From Pseudovirgaria hyperparasitica (Eukaryota), in assembly GCA_010093815.1 (NCBI GenBank), contig ML996570.1: a stretch of DNA of 64,000 bases. One strand, given 5' to 3'. A program made the position numbers and the translations under genes. The notes under the pieces are model-generated. The model did no database searches. It was not told the DNA's origin and was given only the letters and a program-made list of their open reading frames with translations. Below, one piece after another: positions 61,760-64,000 of this stretch. Within the stretch, counting starts at the first letter, position 1. Each line of letters begins with the position of its first letter.

Positions 61760-63813
61760 ATGATAACGACTATGGAAACAGCAACTTCAACCAGTCCGTC
61801 TGATTATGACGGCGAACCATATCCAGAGTTTGATCAGTATGGTTACAACATACGCGAACAGCCATTAGGCACAAAGCGCAGAGTCCGAGTTATTCTCATG
61901 GGTGCTGGCGCCTCCTCTCTCAACTTTTTCAAGCAAGCCGAGACAGGACTCCAGAACGTTGACATTACATGCTATGAAAAGAACAAGGATATAGGAGGCA
62001 CGTGGTCAGTTCCGGACATGGCCATTGCGAATGAACACGTACCTAACTTATGCCAAGGCTGGAGAACAGATATCCAGGCTGCGCGTGCGATGTACCAAGT
62101 GTCAATTACCAATTCTCTTGGAAGATCAGATTATGGTCTCATTACTATAGCTACTCCCCAGAGATATGGGAATACCTGAAAGAGATCGAGCGAGAGAATA
62201 ATTTTATCGAAAAGTACATCAAATTGCGACATAAAATTGAGCACGCTGCATGGGACAATGAAGCAGGACTATGGAGACTTCAGATCAGAGATCTGGAGGA
62301 AAATAAAGTGTTCGGCGATACCGCTGAATTCTTCATCAATGCTGGCGGAGTGCTCAACAAGTGGAAATGGCCGGACGTGCCAGGATTACGCAACTTCAAA
62401 GGCAGAATCATGCATTCTGCTAGGTATGAGGTAAACTATCCTTTGTCAGGCAAGAGAGTGGCAGTACTTGGAGCTGGAAGTAGTGGAGTTCAAATAGTAG
62501 CCGCCATACAGGAAAAAGTTGACACTCTGTATCACTGGGTTCGCTCGCCTATCTGGATTACTGCAGGCTTCGCTCAGACATGGGCCGGAAGAGATGGAGC
62601 TAACTTCAAATGTGAGTACATGTTGCAATAATTTCCTTGGTCGTTTTGCGGGATATTGCGAACTTCGACATACTTCGATGGGGGATATATGCCATGACTC
62701 CACTTTCGCAAGACAGACGCAGCTCAAAAACTTGCTGACGTTTGGGTAGATTCTCCTGAACAAATAGAGTTCTTGAGAAACAATCCGAAGAAATACCATG
62801 AGTATCGCAAACAAATCGAAAATGAGCTCAATCAGCGGTTCAAGTTCATCATTAAAGGCTCGGAAGATGCGAGGAAAGCCAGGGAATCTGCACATGAACA
62901 AATGTCACGAAAGTTGAAGCACGACCCACGCCTGTGCGAAAGCATTATTCCAAAAAATTTCAATCCTGGATGTCGCCGGCCAACTCCTGCTCCGGGCTAC
63001 CTAGAATCGCTTTTAGCATCTAATGCCAAGGTCTTCACAACTTCGATCAGCAAGATTGATGAGGATGGTTTTGTTCAAGACGGCACCCATTACGACGCAG
63101 ATGTGATCATATGTGCCACAGGGTTCGATACGTCGTGGCTGCCGCACTTCACCTTCGTAGGCAAGGACAAATCCATACACGAACTGTGGTCTCCCGATGC
63201 CGGCGTAACGTCATATCTGTCCGTGGGCGTACCAACCTTCCCCAATTATCTTTCGTTCTGTGGTCCCTATGGCCCGCTCGGTCACGGCAGTTTCATGCCA
63301 TTGATCGAGGAATGGACCAGGTATATGTTCAAGATTATTACGAAGGCGCAAATCGAGAATATCAAATCCTTTACTCCTCGTATGGACGCTTCTTGCCAAT
63401 TCCGCCAACATGCAGACCTTTTTCTGAAGCGTACTGCGTGGACCTCGCCATGTCGCTCTTGGTTCAAACAAGGCAAGGCGGATGGCCAAGCTGGGATCTG
63501 GCCAGGCTCTCGACTGCATTTCCTACACATGATGAAGGATGTGCGCTATGAAGATTACGAGATTGATTACTGGGACGAGAACCGCTTCGCTTTCATGGGT
63601 AATGGGTTCGACACGCGAGAGTTCGACGGGCGCGATATCACAAATTACCTAGGGATTTTAAACGATGAGGGCAAGGACGTACAGCCGGAGTATGGCGAAG
63701 AACTGATGAAGACTCTGGCTGGTTGGGCAATCGATGAGAAGTACGAGGTTCGAGGCGTGGACAGAGAGGCCGGAGACACAAGAGACGGACAGCCTTGCGC
63801 TCCAGAGGAGTAG
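61760..63813 (+). CDS. Flavin-containing / Baeyer-Villiger-type monooxygenase (MoxY-like)
   Basis: MGAGAS, GGTW|LENRYPGCACDVP, FKGRIMHSARY, VAVLGAGSSGVQ, GCRR, ICATGFD; introns 62005-62057 and 62612-62749. Confidence 0.93.
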
Positions 63814-64000
63814 GCTTGAAAATGCTTCGGACGGAGGGCGTCGTGCTCTTTCCACAACAAGAGCATCTGTCCCAGGTTTCTTCATGCGCCAAGTATTGTG
63901 TGTTTGGGAATATCTTCTTCCGCACTCCGTGGGGCTAATTGCTTGACTTGCGAATAGCTATGCAAGACTTGGTAAGTCCCTCAACCCAGGCAGTGCGAAC

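Noticed and set aside
62612..62749. Long (138-nt) monooxygenase intron as a possible snoRNA host
   Set aside because: No convincing C/D box pair or rRNA-complementary guide; the only CTGA is the branch point.

Overview
Gene-dense eukaryotic DNA from a filamentous ascomycete (Pezizomycotina; the class cannot be fixed from sequence alone), with short GT-AG introns carrying CTRAC branch points. About 19 protein-coding genes can be reconstructed by hand: a partial coiled-coil/TM protein, a stand-alone histone H4, a charge-repeat disordered protein, an APH-like kinase, a GPI-anchored wall protein, an RfeG-like protein, a FucP-like MFS permease, a DSBA-like protein, RVS167, NFS1, VPS23, a HET-domain protein, a DOMON + copper type II (DBH/MOXD1-like) monooxygenase, FMP27/Hobbit, a Ctr copper transporter, an AA7/BBE-like oxidase, uracil-5-carboxylate decarboxylase, a DH-PH-CNH RhoGEF and a BVMO/FMO. 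Best leads: (1) a candidate box C/D snoRNA in NFS1 intron 2 with a perfect 13-nt antisense match to the 5' end of 18S rRNA; (2) an intronless, apparently GPI-anchored DBH-like copper monooxygenase with all six Cu ligands and possible heme ligands; (3) a TGA-CTA readthrough context on RVS167 that would add a hydrophobic 41-aa tail; (4) abrupt C-rich to G-rich switches inside several genes; (5) a frameshifted GST relic. There is a 45-N assembly gap inside a tandem repeat at 11066-11110. No tRNA, rRNA, CRISPR array or intact transposon was seen. All calls come from manual motif recognition, without database searches.
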